This document shows, piece by piece, positions 40,228 through 50,078 of a DNA stretch of 64,000 nucleotides (position 1 is the first letter of the stretch; each line of letters begins with the position of its first letter). The DNA comes from Kiritimatiellia bacterium (GTDB taxonomy: Bacteria > Verrucomicrobiota > Kiritimatiellia > RFP12 > DVOR01). The stretch spans positions 9,374-73,373 of the forward strand of contig JAFYWN010000007.1 of NCBI GenBank assembly GCA_017558005.1, written 5' to 3'. The position numbers were made by a program, and so were the translations under genes. Under the pieces are notes generated by a model, which made no database searches, was not told the origin of the DNA, and was given only the letters and a program-made list of their open reading frames with translations.

Positions 40228-41214
40228 TTGATGACTGAGATTAAAGAGTTTCATTTATTTGCAGGTATTGGTGGCGGGATTTATGGTGGTGAATTATTAG
40301 GCCACAAATGCTGTGCAGGTGTTGAAATCATGCCATATGCACAAAAAGTACTCAAGCAACGTCAAGAGGATGGTTGGTTGCCTAAATTCCCGATTTATGG
40401 TGACTTGTGTGTATTGGATGGAACGCCGTTTAAAGGTAAATTTGACATCCTTTGTGGCGGTTTCCCGTGTCAGGCGTTTAGTACTGCAGCACATGGGAAA
40501 AATATCGCGGCAAAGAATCTTTGGGGTGAAATGCTCCGTTTTGTAAAAGAGTCCGATGCTCCAATTGTATTTGGTGAAAATGTTGTTTTACGTGCAATTG
40601 AACAAGCAAAAGTTGACTTAGAAGCGATTGGTTACAAGGTTGAGCGTATTCGTTTGAGTTGTTCTGATATTGGTGCTGACCATCAACGTAACCGTTTTTG
40701 GGTACTGGCAGTAAAAGATTATGCTGTTTTTGAAAAAATTGCAGCCCATTTGAAACAATTGCCGAAGTTGACTGGTGATTGTTGGACGAAGAGTCCTTCT
40801 GAGACGGGTGCCCCTGTTGAAGTGAAGGTGGGTGACCGCCGAGATCAATTACTTGGTGTCGGTAATGCACAGTCTCCGTTTGTTGCAGCTACAGCATTTC
40901 GTATCTTGGTGAATCGCCATTTGAATCATATAGATAGGCGGTCTGAACTCGTCTCGGCTAAAGAATTGGATGCAGTGTTTGAGAAGCGTGAGACGTGGAT
41001 TCAGAAGACGTTTAATAACATTGGACTTGTACATACTCCGACAACAATGGCTAATTATGCATGTCCTTCAATGATGAAACATCAAGGGTGTCGTAATTTT
41101 ACTGTTGTTTTTGGGCGTCCACAACCTGAAAATGCCGAATACTTAATGGGCTTTCCTTTAGGCGCGAGTTCGCCAAATCCATTGCCTATAACAAACTTCA
41201 AGCGTTGGAGATGA
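40228..41214 (+). CDS. DNA (cytosine-5)-methyltransferase.
   Basis: The m5C MTase motifs are present: I (LFAGIGG), IV (GFPCQAFS), VI (ENV) and VIII (QRNRFW). The protein is 328 aa. Confidence 0.85.
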   Translation: MMTEIKEFHLFAGIGGGIYGGELLGHKCCAGVEIMPYAQKVLKQRQEDGWLPKFPIYGDLCVLDGTPFKGKFDILCGGFPCQAFSTAAHGKNIAAKNLWGEMLRFVKESDAPIVFGENVVLRAIEQAKVDLEAIGYKVERIRLSCSDIGADHQRNRFWVLAVKDYAVFEKIAAHLKQLPKLTGDCWTKSPSETGAPVEVKVGDRRDQLLGVGNAQSPFVAATAFRILVNRHLNHIDRRSELVSAKELDAVFEKRETWIQKTFNNIGLVHTPTTMANYACPSMMKHQGCRNFTVVFGRPQPENAEYLMGFPLGASSPNPLPITNFKRWR

Positions 41215-41561
41215 TTATGAGTGCAGGTCGGATTTTAGAGTCATTGGGTAAAAGGCGTATGAAGCCTTGGACTTATCCAAATTCATATGCAATCATTAAA
41301 CCCGCGAGTTTAATGGCTGAGCAATCAACAAATAGAGATTCGGCTTCTTGGAAAAAAGCTGAGTATATCGTAATTGATGAAGTTCAGTATGGCCAGGGGA
41401 AACACCTAATTCCTGCATGGTGTTATTTCACTGCGGCTGATCCAGATGGTGCGGCAGGCTTTCAAAAGTTGTTGATTAACATTGGCGGTGGCCAATATGC
41501 TATGTATGACAATATGGGGTGTGGTCCCAAAATCGGTACTTTACGTGAATTGGTAAAGTAA
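41205..41561 (+). CDS. Small protein paralogous to the N-terminal domain of the downstream McrB-like protein.
   Basis: WKKAEYIVIDEVQ and AADPDGAAGFQKLLINIGGGQYAMYDN align to WRTAEYIVVDEFNQ and DADPDKHHKIQKMLIRTGNNQYDLYNH of the next ORF. Its start overlaps the MTase stop. Confidence 0.6.
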   Translation: MEMIMSAGRILESLGKRRMKPWTYPNSYAIIKPASLMAEQSTNRDSASWKKAEYIVIDEVQYGQGKHLIPAWCYFTAADPDGAAGFQKLLINIGGGQYAMYDNMGCGPKIGTLRELVK

Positions 41562-41601
41562 TAGAAGTCGTTTGCTTACTTTTAAGGGAAGGAATAACAC
41601 G

Positions 41602-43962
41602 ATGGGGCGCGGTGGAAAGGCAAAAATTAGTGCAGCCGTTTGTGAAATGTTTGAACGGCTTGGAATTAAACGATTAGAGGCTTGGACACATTCAAACTCT
41701 TTTTCTGGGGCAACAATTTCTAATTTTACGTCACCGGATAACCAAAATCGTGCTAATCGCGGTCAATCAAATTGGAGAACCGCAGAGTATATTGTAGTTG
41801 ATGAGTTTAACCAAGAGAGCGAAGAGATTGATCAGAGCGAAGAGATTGATCTTTCTATATGGAAAGAGATTACGGATGCTGACCCTGACAAACATCATAA
41901 AATTCAAAAAATGTTAATTCGTACAGGTAATAATCAGTATGATTTGTATAATCATGATGCGAATAAAATTGCGTCAGGAAGTTTAGAAGAAATTGAGAAC
42001 TTTATACGAATAAACAATACACAATTACAATCAAAACAATTAGTGGTTCAAGACCGCTTATTGGTTGCTTTACAGTTGTTTACAACGAAACGTGGTTCGT
42101 ATCAATTTAACCCTGTGTTACCTAACGAAGAGGTTACTGCAGAAAATTATTCTTACGAACATCTTGATAATTGGAAGGCCTTTTGCACGGAAGTGCAGGA
42201 GTCTCCATCGGATATTTCGGTTTGTTTCGCATCCAAGGTGGTCAAAGACCTTGGGATGCTCCCATCACTTCTAACACGTTTTTTAGTTCGTTTGGCGCCT
42301 TCAGTCTACGCTGCATGTTCAGAGCATACGGCAGAGGCATTGTATTTTCTTGAGTTGACGAAAACGAAGGTGTTACCTGAGGATTTGACAGCTGATGCGT
42401 ATGAGTCTTCTAAGGCAGTGCAGACGCAGATTCGTGATAAGATGCGTAAGATGAAGATTCTTTCTCAAGAGGGAAAAGAGGCGAATTATCTCACACTAGC
42501 AGAGTTTTTGTGGTTTGTTAATGACAACAAGGATTTGATCGAGGGTAAAGTTATGGAAAAGCAAATTAAGTCGGTTAATAAAACTAAGGTTAAAGAAGAT
42601 TCTCGCAAAGAGAAGCGTTTGAAGTGTAAGACTGCGGACGATGTTTTGATTTTCCGTTTAATGGCAACATTGCGCACGAAGCCTTTTGCCATTCTTGCGG
42701 GGCACTCGGGTACGGGTAAGAGCCGTTTGGTGCGTAAGTTGGCATACATGACGTGTAATGTGGAAGAACTTCAGAATACAGAGAAGAATTCCCCAGAGAA
42801 CTTTTGCATGGTGCAGGTGAAGCCGAATTGGCATGACTCTATGGATTTATTGGGGTATCGCAGTGCATTTGAAGATAAAAGTTATGTGACGACGGATGTG
42901 GTGAAGTTTATTTGTAAAGCGTATGCCTATCCTGAAACACCCTTTTTCCTTTGCTTAGATGAGATGAATCTTGCACCTGTTGAGCAATACTTTGCTGAAT
43001 TCTTAAGTGCGATGGAGTCGTTGCGAGAACTTAAAAGTTCTGACGAGGAGACATCTTCTGACGAGGAGACATCTTCTGACGAGAAGACATCTTCTGACGA
43101 GAAGACATCTTCTGACGAGGAGACATCTTCTGACGAGAAGATGTCTTACACCTCGGATACGCTTTTTACGTTGACTGACGATGAATTAAAGTCTCAAAGT
43201 AAGTTGTTTGATTTAGGGTGTGAAACCGGTGTGGGGCAAACGTATTTGACGAAACGTGGCGGTGTGACGATTCCAAAGAATCTCTTTGTCGTTGGCACTG
43301 TGAATATGGATGAAACCACATGCCAATTCTCTCGTAAGGTGCTTGACCGTGCGATGACGATTGAAATGACGGATGTAAACTTTGCCAATTTCGGCAAAGT
43401 GGCCGATCCAAGTTTTACGGACCTGCTTGCAGAAGAGATTGTTCAACTTTTGCTCAATGGAGACATTAAGGTTGAAAGCCTTGATACCGAGGATGTTGCT
43501 ACTGACTCAAAACTGTGTAAGCTTCAGCAACGTTTAGCGAAGACCTCTTTTGCGATTGCATATCGTTTTGCGAAGGAATACACGTTGTTTAAGAGAGCTA
43601 TTGAGGAATTTAAAAAACATATTTCAGGATCCCCTCAAAAATCTGAGGATGAATCTTCAGAAGTTGCTGAGACACCTGAAGACTCCAAGCCTTCAGAGGC
43701 CTCAAATTCTGGAATGCGTGAGACTGTGGACAACTTAGATGCCTTAGATCAAATGGTCTTAATGAAAGTGTTGCCACGTATTATGGGGAGAACTGAAGAC
43801 GTTAAGGCAATATTCACAGGGGTGCGCGATTTTAATCCTGAGGGTTCAAAAGAGCCTATGTCGGATTCACTTTTAGGCATTTTTGGGAAAACGTCTGAGT
43901 CAGGCAAGAAGATGATTGAGATTATGGAGCGAGGTGGCTCACATTTGACTTTTTGGCCGTAA
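41602..43962 (+). CDS. McrB-like AAA+ GTPase with a variable N-terminal domain and an acidic tandem-repeat insertion.
   Basis: The Walker A ILAGHSGTGKSRL and Walker B FFLCLDEMNL are present. McrB-like blocks NWHDSMDLLGY and VVGTVNMDETT are present. A GGAAGGA RBS precedes MGRGG. Confidence 0.7.
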   Translation: MGRGGKAKISAAVCEMFERLGIKRLEAWTHSNSFSGATISNFTSPDNQNRANRGQSNWRTAEYIVVDEFNQESEEIDQSEEIDLSIWKEITDADPDKHHKIQKMLIRTGNNQYDLYNHDANKIASGSLEEIENFIRINNTQLQSKQLVVQDRLLVALQLFTTKRGSYQFNPVLPNEEVTAENYSYEHLDNWKAFCTEVQESPSDISVCFASKVVKDLGMLPSLLTRFLVRLAPSVYAACSEHTAEALYFLELTKTKVLPEDLTADAYESSKAVQTQIRDKMRKMKILSQEGKEANYLTLAEFLWFVNDNKDLIEGKVMEKQIKSVNKTKVKEDSRKEKRLKCKTADDVLIFRLMATLRTKPFAILAGHSGTGKSRLVRKLAYMTCNVEELQNTEKNSPENFCMVQVKPNWHDSMDLLGYRSAFEDKSYVTTDVVKFICKAYAYPETPFFLCLDEMNLAPVEQYFAEFLSAMESLRELKSSDEETSSDEETSSDEKTSSDEKTSSDEETSSDEKMSYTSDTLFTLTDDELKSQSKLFDLGCETGVGQTYLTKRGGVTIPKNLFVVGTVNMDETTCQFSRKVLDRAMTIEMTDVNFANFGKVADPSFTDLLAEEIVQLLLNGDIKVESLDTEDVATDSKLCKLQQRLAKTSFAIAYRFAKEYTLFKRAIEEFKKHISGSPQKSEDESSEVAETPEDSKPSEASNSGMRETVDNLDALDQMVLMKVLPRIMGRTEDVKAIFTGVRDFNPEGSKEPMSDSLLGIFGKTSESGKKMIEIMERGGSHLTFWP
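43036..43146 (+). repeat. Six 18-bp tandem repeats encoding (SSDEET/SSDEKT)n inside the McrB-like gene.
   Basis: The direct nucleotide repeat TCTTCTGACGAGGAGACA occurs 6 times with G/A variation. Confidence 0.8.
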
Positions 43963-46224
43963 GTGTGTGAAAGACTGATGAAACAAAAAAAAGTTTTTGC
44001 GTTTGAGATTCCAGGGCTGTTGAGCTTCTGCGTCACAGGGAATAACACTGGACGCGTGGAGCGTTATTGTAAGCGTATTAAGTGCACATCTCAAGACGAT
44101 AAAGCGAAGGTTTTGTTTCAGGCAAATCGCAAAGGGACGTGGCATTTTTTTGAACCGAAAAGTGAGACTGTTGAGGAGAATGTTACTGCAAGCGCTTTAC
44201 CTGTCTTTTATGAAACGACTTATCAAGTAAAATGCAAGTTTGAGCGCAAGGTGAAAGATGTGCGTGTGTCGCACAAATTGGTGAGCGTGGCGGACGAGTT
44301 CTACTATGACGAAGAGGATTGTTGTCTTTCGGGGCCGCTCAATTTCATTAATACACCCGGTAAATTTGCCTTTGAGATAAATATTGAGATGGCAACAGGG
44401 GAAACGACTACATTGAAATTAGAGTGGTGGGTCGTCTCCGAGAAGATGAATGTTATTGAGGATTATAGTGCCATTGTAGAAAAGGTGTCTTCAGTGAAGC
44501 CCGAATTGGTGTATGCCTTTTTGGCTAAGACCATGAATGAGAGTGGGCTTTCTTCTGAAAAGGGACAGTCGGATGCAGTGTGGTATGATATTTTTCAAAC
44601 GCTTGTCTCAACGTATCGTTCGGCTTGTGAACATGTGGTTCATAATCCGCATTTAAGGTATGTGGAGCATGAGCAGTATTTGCGTGTGAACCAAATACGG
44701 CGATGGACGCCAGCGTTAATGCAACGTTACCAACAGACGGATAAGTCTGTACGTGAAATGCGTCATTTTCACGCAACAGAAGTCGTCCCAGAGGTGGATA
44801 CTGTTGAAAATCGGTTTGTGCTGTTTACGTTAACAAAGATTGCAGAACGATTGCGAGATTTCGCAAAACGTTGCCGAGAAGAGGGTGGCGGTAAGATTAG
44901 TGAAGACTTCATCAAGCAGATGGAGGTTGATGCGACATCATTTGAAGAGATGACTTATCATCCATTCTTCCGTGAGGTGGGGCATTATAATGGTGTTGTG
45001 CAAGAGAGTTTGGCACTTCTTCGAAAGCGTGGATATGCCGAGATTTACGACACATGGTTGAAATTAAAACATTCGTTAGACCTCACTGGAAGCGGCATTG
45101 ATGTGGGAAATAATCCCATTTGGAAGTTGTATGAGTTCTGGTGCTTCTTGATGATTCGAGATTGGTTAATGGAGCGTTATCCAGATCCCAAGGGCTCATT
45201 AGGAGATGTCGTAGAAACATCGGATATTTTTGAAGACCCATATGATGAAGCCACAGGAGAAACGAAACAACCTGCTGGAAGTAAAAAGTGTGAGTATGTA
45301 TTTAAAGATGAAATGGGCAATCGTGAGATTGTGCTCACCTATCAGCTTTCGTATGGTCATGGAAAGAATGGCTCTGAGGATGTGTCAGGGCATCTTTCTT
45401 ATGTGGTAGAGCAGATTCCTGATATTGTGATGACAATTAAGGACTTAGGCATTGCACAGAATGAGCATACCTATCTCTTTGATGCGAAGTATCGCATTAT
45501 GCAGTATCCATCGGCAACAGACCATCAAAAAGACGCATCTCCTCATGCTGCAATAAATGACATGCATCGTTATCGTGATGCGATTCTTTATCGTAGTCAA
45601 AAAAGCGGGAAGCTTTCGCGTGAAGTGATTGGTGCGTATGTACTTTTTCCTGGACGGCTGGGAGAGTCTTACGATTATACAGAAATCATTAGAAATGAGA
45701 ATATCGGTGCGATCCCTCTCTTACCTGGTGAAGAGGGGACGAAAGCACTATTAGCATTCCTTGAAGAGATTATTACCCGTGGCACACCAAAAGAGCACCT
45801 TGAAAAGGTAATCCCCACGCGTGGTACTTCGGCGGTCTTGGGTGACGATATGCCGTTAGGATTCCCCAAAGGGGAGAATATTATTCGCATTTCCTCAACA
45901 GAGAAACGGCCATACTACGAGTATTTTAATGAATTAAGAGGCTCAACAATACCAACATTCTTCTATTTGACGCAATTGGCATGTGAATATGATGGTAATA
46001 CTTCTGAGCAAAATGCCTCCCAAAAACAGATGGTCATCATTTGGGCAGAGACGGATAAACGTCTTCCCATTCGAGTATTGTTGGGAAAATATCATGGATG
46101 TCAGAAATACGATAAAGAATCTATTTACAGATTAGATAATAATTTTTCGGGTGGAAATTCATTAGAAGTCGCTTTGGAAAAGAGTGATAAGGTTTATGTT
46201 TGGGAGATTATAAGTGTGGAGTGA
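43963..46224 (+). CDS. McrC-like nuclease subunit (PD-(D/E)xK).
   Basis: It lies immediately downstream of and abutting the McrB-like gene. Its C-terminal region carries a PD...D-x-K arrangement (EQIPDIVMT ... LFDAKYR). The protein is 753 aa. Confidence 0.6.
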   Translation: MCERLMKQKKVFAFEIPGLLSFCVTGNNTGRVERYCKRIKCTSQDDKAKVLFQANRKGTWHFFEPKSETVEENVTASALPVFYETTYQVKCKFERKVKDVRVSHKLVSVADEFYYDEEDCCLSGPLNFINTPGKFAFEINIEMATGETTTLKLEWWVVSEKMNVIEDYSAIVEKVSSVKPELVYAFLAKTMNESGLSSEKGQSDAVWYDIFQTLVSTYRSACEHVVHNPHLRYVEHEQYLRVNQIRRWTPALMQRYQQTDKSVREMRHFHATEVVPEVDTVENRFVLFTLTKIAERLRDFAKRCREEGGGKISEDFIKQMEVDATSFEEMTYHPFFREVGHYNGVVQESLALLRKRGYAEIYDTWLKLKHSLDLTGSGIDVGNNPIWKLYEFWCFLMIRDWLMERYPDPKGSLGDVVETSDIFEDPYDEATGETKQPAGSKKCEYVFKDEMGNREIVLTYQLSYGHGKNGSEDVSGHLSYVVEQIPDIVMTIKDLGIAQNEHTYLFDAKYRIMQYPSATDHQKDASPHAAINDMHRYRDAILYRSQKSGKLSREVIGAYVLFPGRLGESYDYTEIIRNENIGAIPLLPGEEGTKALLAFLEEIITRGTPKEHLEKVIPTRGTSAVLGDDMPLGFPKGENIIRISSTEKRPYYEYFNELRGSTIPTFFYLTQLACEYDGNTSEQNASQKQMVIIWAETDKRLPIRVLLGKYHGCQKYDKESIYRLDNNFSGGNSLEVALEKSDKVYVWEIISVE

Positions 46225-46374
46225 TTTTAAAATGGTTTGACATGAGGTAAGGTATTTGCTTTATTTAAGTTAATGGTTAATCATTGAAGAAGTAGCATTT
46301 AGGGTAACGGTTGAGCTGCAAGCAAAGTAATAAAACTTTTTGCAACGATTGAGTTTACATTTTAGGAGATAAAC

Positions 46375-47985
46375 ATGGCGAGTCATCTTCATTTTCAAAC
46401 AGCTTTCTCGGTAAAGCCCACGGGGGTGCATTCTGCGCGAGAATTGTTTTCGAAGCTGCAAACAGTTATTTTTAATTGGGTTTGTCAAAAGCAGAATAAA
46501 CATGGTTATAAGCAAATAGATATTGATGCATTCAAGAAGAAGCTTGAAGTGCAGGGGTTTGTCAATGGTGCGAAATTGAAAACCGTTTCTTGCTTTATGG
46601 ATGATGAGATATCTTGGGCAATGCGTTTTGAGGAGCTTGACACCTCGGATGCATCGCGTCCATGGACAACAGAGGTGGGGATGTATTTAAGTGATGAAAA
46701 TGGAGCTGTTAACTTTTCCTATACAACATACTATAGGACGTCGGTGGCGGAGGAGTTTGAAAAGCCTATTAAGCCAACATACAAGTTTCCACATTTGATT
46801 AAATTAATTTTGGAAATACCAGGAACACAAGTCTATTTTAGCGGAGGATTACCCTTAACGTCATCCTACACTAAAATTAGGACTTCACAAGAGGCATTAA
46901 ACTTTATTTCCGCAGCGAATGATGGGAATCGAGAGGATTCGCTTGTTTTAGTAATGGGAGCTTCGCGTGAAAATGAAATGCGGGCAAGAAATCTAGCACA
47001 GACACTTTATGGAAAGGTGTGCGTCTTTCTTGCAGATAGAACGCCAGAAGTGCTTGAGACATTTTGTAACAAAAAACATACTTTTAACCTTGGTCAAATA
47101 AGGATTTATTATCCACGTAAAAGTCGAGGGTCAAAAGACTACTCAAAAGATAAATTAAACGAGCTTGACAATGCAATAGCACAATTATTAAAAATCCCTG
47201 CGATAAAGACTCCGACTTCGGTTCGAACCCTTTCAGATGTGATGCATCGTCGCCTATTCATAAAGCTTACTGGGCTTAATGAGTTTTTTAATAAATTAAA
47301 AAAGGCTGCGCAGAGTGAACTGAAGCGCGAAGAGGTTGATATGGATTTTATCAATCTGGTGCAAGAGACAAATGAAGAACTGCAAAAGGAAAATGAGAAG
47401 TTGCGAAATGAAATAGAGACTATTGAAGCGGTCGCAGAATCAGAAATGAAAGAATTGAGAGACGTGTTTGCGAAGAAAGAAGCTGAGTATTTGGCTCAGA
47501 TTAGAAGTCAAAAAAAGACACCTTCGCTACCACGTGAATTTCCTGCCAAACTTACAGATGTCTTAGCGTGGGCTAAACTTTTGCCGAATCTAATGATTGC
47601 ACAGAGTGCTCATGCTTCAGCTAAGAAGTATGAGCAATTCAAAGAGTTTAGTGTAGCATGGGATATGCTACTTGCACTGAATAGCGTTTTGTTTAGGTTA
47701 AAATTTACTGAAAATAAAAGTAATTTCTGGACAGAATTTCAGGATCGTACAGGTTATGAATTTGCGAAAGGTGAAGGACCTAAGACAAATAGTGATACTG
47801 CTTTGGTCAAGCTTCGTCAATTCCAGCATAATGGGAAATCATATGAAGGGTGGATGCACTTAAAGTATGGAAATCAACCCAATAAGCTTCTTCGTATTCA
47901 TTTTGATTTTGATGAAGAATTGCGAAAAATTGTAGTGCTTCATGTGGGAGATCATATCCCTAATGCCACAACCGGTAAACTTTAA
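46375..47985 (+). CDS. Hypothetical coiled-coil protein, paralog A (536 aa).
   Basis: A long ORF in the AT-rich island is homologous over its full length to the next ORF. It has a central coiled coil and a conserved C-terminal module (HLKYG...LRIHFDFDEELRKIVVLHVGDH). Confidence 0.65.
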   Translation: MASHLHFQTAFSVKPTGVHSARELFSKLQTVIFNWVCQKQNKHGYKQIDIDAFKKKLEVQGFVNGAKLKTVSCFMDDEISWAMRFEELDTSDASRPWTTEVGMYLSDENGAVNFSYTTYYRTSVAEEFEKPIKPTYKFPHLIKLILEIPGTQVYFSGGLPLTSSYTKIRTSQEALNFISAANDGNREDSLVLVMGASRENEMRARNLAQTLYGKVCVFLADRTPEVLETFCNKKHTFNLGQIRIYYPRKSRGSKDYSKDKLNELDNAIAQLLKIPAIKTPTSVRTLSDVMHRRLFIKLTGLNEFFNKLKKAAQSELKREEVDMDFINLVQETNEELQKENEKLRNEIETIEAVAESEMKELRDVFAKKEAEYLAQIRSQKKTPSLPREFPAKLTDVLAWAKLLPNLMIAQSAHASAKKYEQFKEFSVAWDMLLALNSVLFRLKFTENKSNFWTEFQDRTGYEFAKGEGPKTNSDTALVKLRQFQHNGKSYEGWMHLKYGNQPNKLLRIHFDFDEELRKIVVLHVGDHIPNATTGKL

Positions 47986-48004
47986 TGCCTAAGGGAATAG
48001 TGTT

Positions 48005-49690
48005 ATGCCAAAATTAAATGACAAAAATATTAATTATCACGCTTCATTCGTGATTGATCATCAAGATTCAAAGCAGACGTTTCATGCCATTCTTGAAATT
48101 TTAAAGAAATGGCTGAAGGAGAAAGAGCGTAGTTTTAAGAATCCTAAGATGAAAGATGTGTATGGGGTATTCTCTACATTTGATCAATCTCAATCTGCAA
48201 CATTTGGTAGCAGAACTGAAACGCGACATTTGAAGATTCAATCCGCAGAAAATAAGGAAAAGAAATTATGGGGATTTGAATATTCGCATCCTCAATTTAA
48301 CAATCGCAAGTCAATGCTGATTCGGTATTGGTATGTAGAAGTCTATATCACATCCTTTAAAAATACAAATAATGTCGCGGTGTATGTCTGTGTTTCATAT
48401 AGTTGGAATCGAACAAAGATGCTTGAAGAAGATGATGCACGTCTTCCAACGCCCACAGTTCCAGGCTTTATGAAAAACTTGGTAAAGACATTTAATCTTC
48501 ATATAGAGGGATGTCCGTTCAGTTTCTCGCCTAAACCTTATCTTTTAAACACAAAAGAAGATGTGGAGCCATTTATTGATTTGCTTAGGGATGATGATCG
48601 AAAAACATTTATTTTACTTTCAACATATTCGCCTACTTACCAAGCTGCAGAAGACTTTTTAAAACGATTGGCGGAAAAGGTATTAGGGAAAGCATTATTT
48701 TTTCACGTAGATCCTACAAAGGAGGCGTTTAAGTATCTAAAACGTGCAAATGTTTTTGAGAAGCTTGAATCGAATACCATCTACATTATTTCAGAGATGA
48801 GGAAAGGCCGTTTAGGAATTCAATGGATATTATCACCTCCTGGTCCTACTGAGGCTTATTTTGATAATACATCTAACCGATTGCAAGAGTTCTTTTATCG
48901 AAATCAGATTGTACTTGCTGATGGCGCAATAACCTCTTTTTCTGCAATTTTTTCTGCGGATTTGTTTGAGCGTTTTCAAAAGGAGCGTGATGCTAAACTG
49001 TCTGCGCAAGGCGCTAAAGAAGAGGCAATTGGCAATGCTCATGCTGCGGAGGAATTGTTTGAAGATTTATACGTGCGTAACGAGAATACAGTGAATGAAA
49101 ACAAGACCCTTAAAGATGAGAATAAGGATTTAAAGAATAGACTCGCACATGAGCAACGAGAACACAAGCGAAAAGAGAATGAACTAAAAACTCAAGTTGA
49201 TAACGCAGAGTCTCGTCTTGTAACAGCTTTCTACAACTCTGCGCAATGTAAAAAGTTGCGAGATAAAGTGGAGTGTTTAAAAGAGATTTTATCCCCAAGG
49301 CTTGTATTTACAGATAAATCACTCTCAAGTTTAGAGCGGTGTACAAGAGAAAATGAAGCAGAATTGATAGAGGGATTAATAGCCTTGTATCATATTTTGT
49401 GGCCAATTCATATTAAGGGCGCAATTGGACAACGTATAGAAGATGTCTTTAAGAGTACAAAATTTAAGTATGCGCCTCAAGAAAATCAGGAAACAATGGA
49501 TGTTCTAGACTATCGAAAAGATCGTACGGTCACGTATAATGGTAAAGATTATGTTTGCGAGAGTCATCTTAAGTTTGACAAAAATGGACGTATCTATTTT
49601 AAGTTTTCAGAGGAGTTAAAGAAGATAGTGTTATGTGTTCTTGGAGTTCACCTAGATACTGCAGGCACAAAACGTAAAAGTATTAATTGA
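48005..49690 (+). CDS. Hypothetical coiled-coil protein, paralog B (561 aa).
   Basis: It is the tandem paralog of 46375-47985. The C-terminal module HLKFDKNGRIYFKFSEELKKIVLCVLGVH is shared. No known domain is recognised. Confidence 0.65.
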   Translation: MPKLNDKNINYHASFVIDHQDSKQTFHAILEILKKWLKEKERSFKNPKMKDVYGVFSTFDQSQSATFGSRTETRHLKIQSAENKEKKLWGFEYSHPQFNNRKSMLIRYWYVEVYITSFKNTNNVAVYVCVSYSWNRTKMLEEDDARLPTPTVPGFMKNLVKTFNLHIEGCPFSFSPKPYLLNTKEDVEPFIDLLRDDDRKTFILLSTYSPTYQAAEDFLKRLAEKVLGKALFFHVDPTKEAFKYLKRANVFEKLESNTIYIISEMRKGRLGIQWILSPPGPTEAYFDNTSNRLQEFFYRNQIVLADGAITSFSAIFSADLFERFQKERDAKLSAQGAKEEAIGNAHAAEELFEDLYVRNENTVNENKTLKDENKDLKNRLAHEQREHKRKENELKTQVDNAESRLVTAFYNSAQCKKLRDKVECLKEILSPRLVFTDKSLSSLERCTRENEAELIEGLIALYHILWPIHIKGAIGQRIEDVFKSTKFKYAPQENQETMDVLDYRKDRTVTYNGKDYVCESHLKFDKNGRIYFKFSEELKKIVLCVLGVHLDTAGTKRKSIN

Positions 49691-50015
49691 TGGGTTATCA
49701 CCATGATAAGGAGTCTGCCTTTTAGGCTTGTAAGAACTAGGTCACACGTTAAGATTGGACGGGGTTGTGATTTGAACATATTTGATTTGTAATGAGAGCT
49801 GTCCGTCCAATTAAAATTGATGCTCCTCATTTTGTGATGCGCGTAAAAGAAGACAACACAAGTACTTTTTCTGTAAATTTGAGTTGACTCATAGTTTTTC
49901 AATCAACAGTTCCTTTTCAAAGGCGATTTAACAATAAAATCTTATCTTTTTTGTTGCATTTTAGATTTTACTTTGTTATTATTATGCCGTTTCAAACATT
50001 CTCCTACACAGACAC

Positions 50016-50058
50016 ACAACCCCACCCCGCCACGAACATTGTTCGGGCGGGTTTTTCT
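50016..50058 (+). terminator. Rho-independent terminator at the right edge of the island.
   Basis: The stem CCCGCCACGAACA/TGTTCGGGCGGG is followed by TTTTTCTTTCGTTT. Confidence 0.45.
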
Positions 50059-50078
50059 TTCGTTTCTAAGGATGTGAA

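Noticed and set aside
40030-40254. A 74-aa minus-strand ORF upstream of the MTase, as a possible C/controller protein.
   Set aside because: It is Cys/Phe-rich with no HTH-like pattern and no RBS, and it overlaps the MTase start. It is more likely non-coding.
47219-47229. GGTTCGAACCC, a tRNA T-arm-like motif.
   Set aside because: It is embedded in a long ORF with no flanking acceptor or anticodon stem candidates. It is a chance match.
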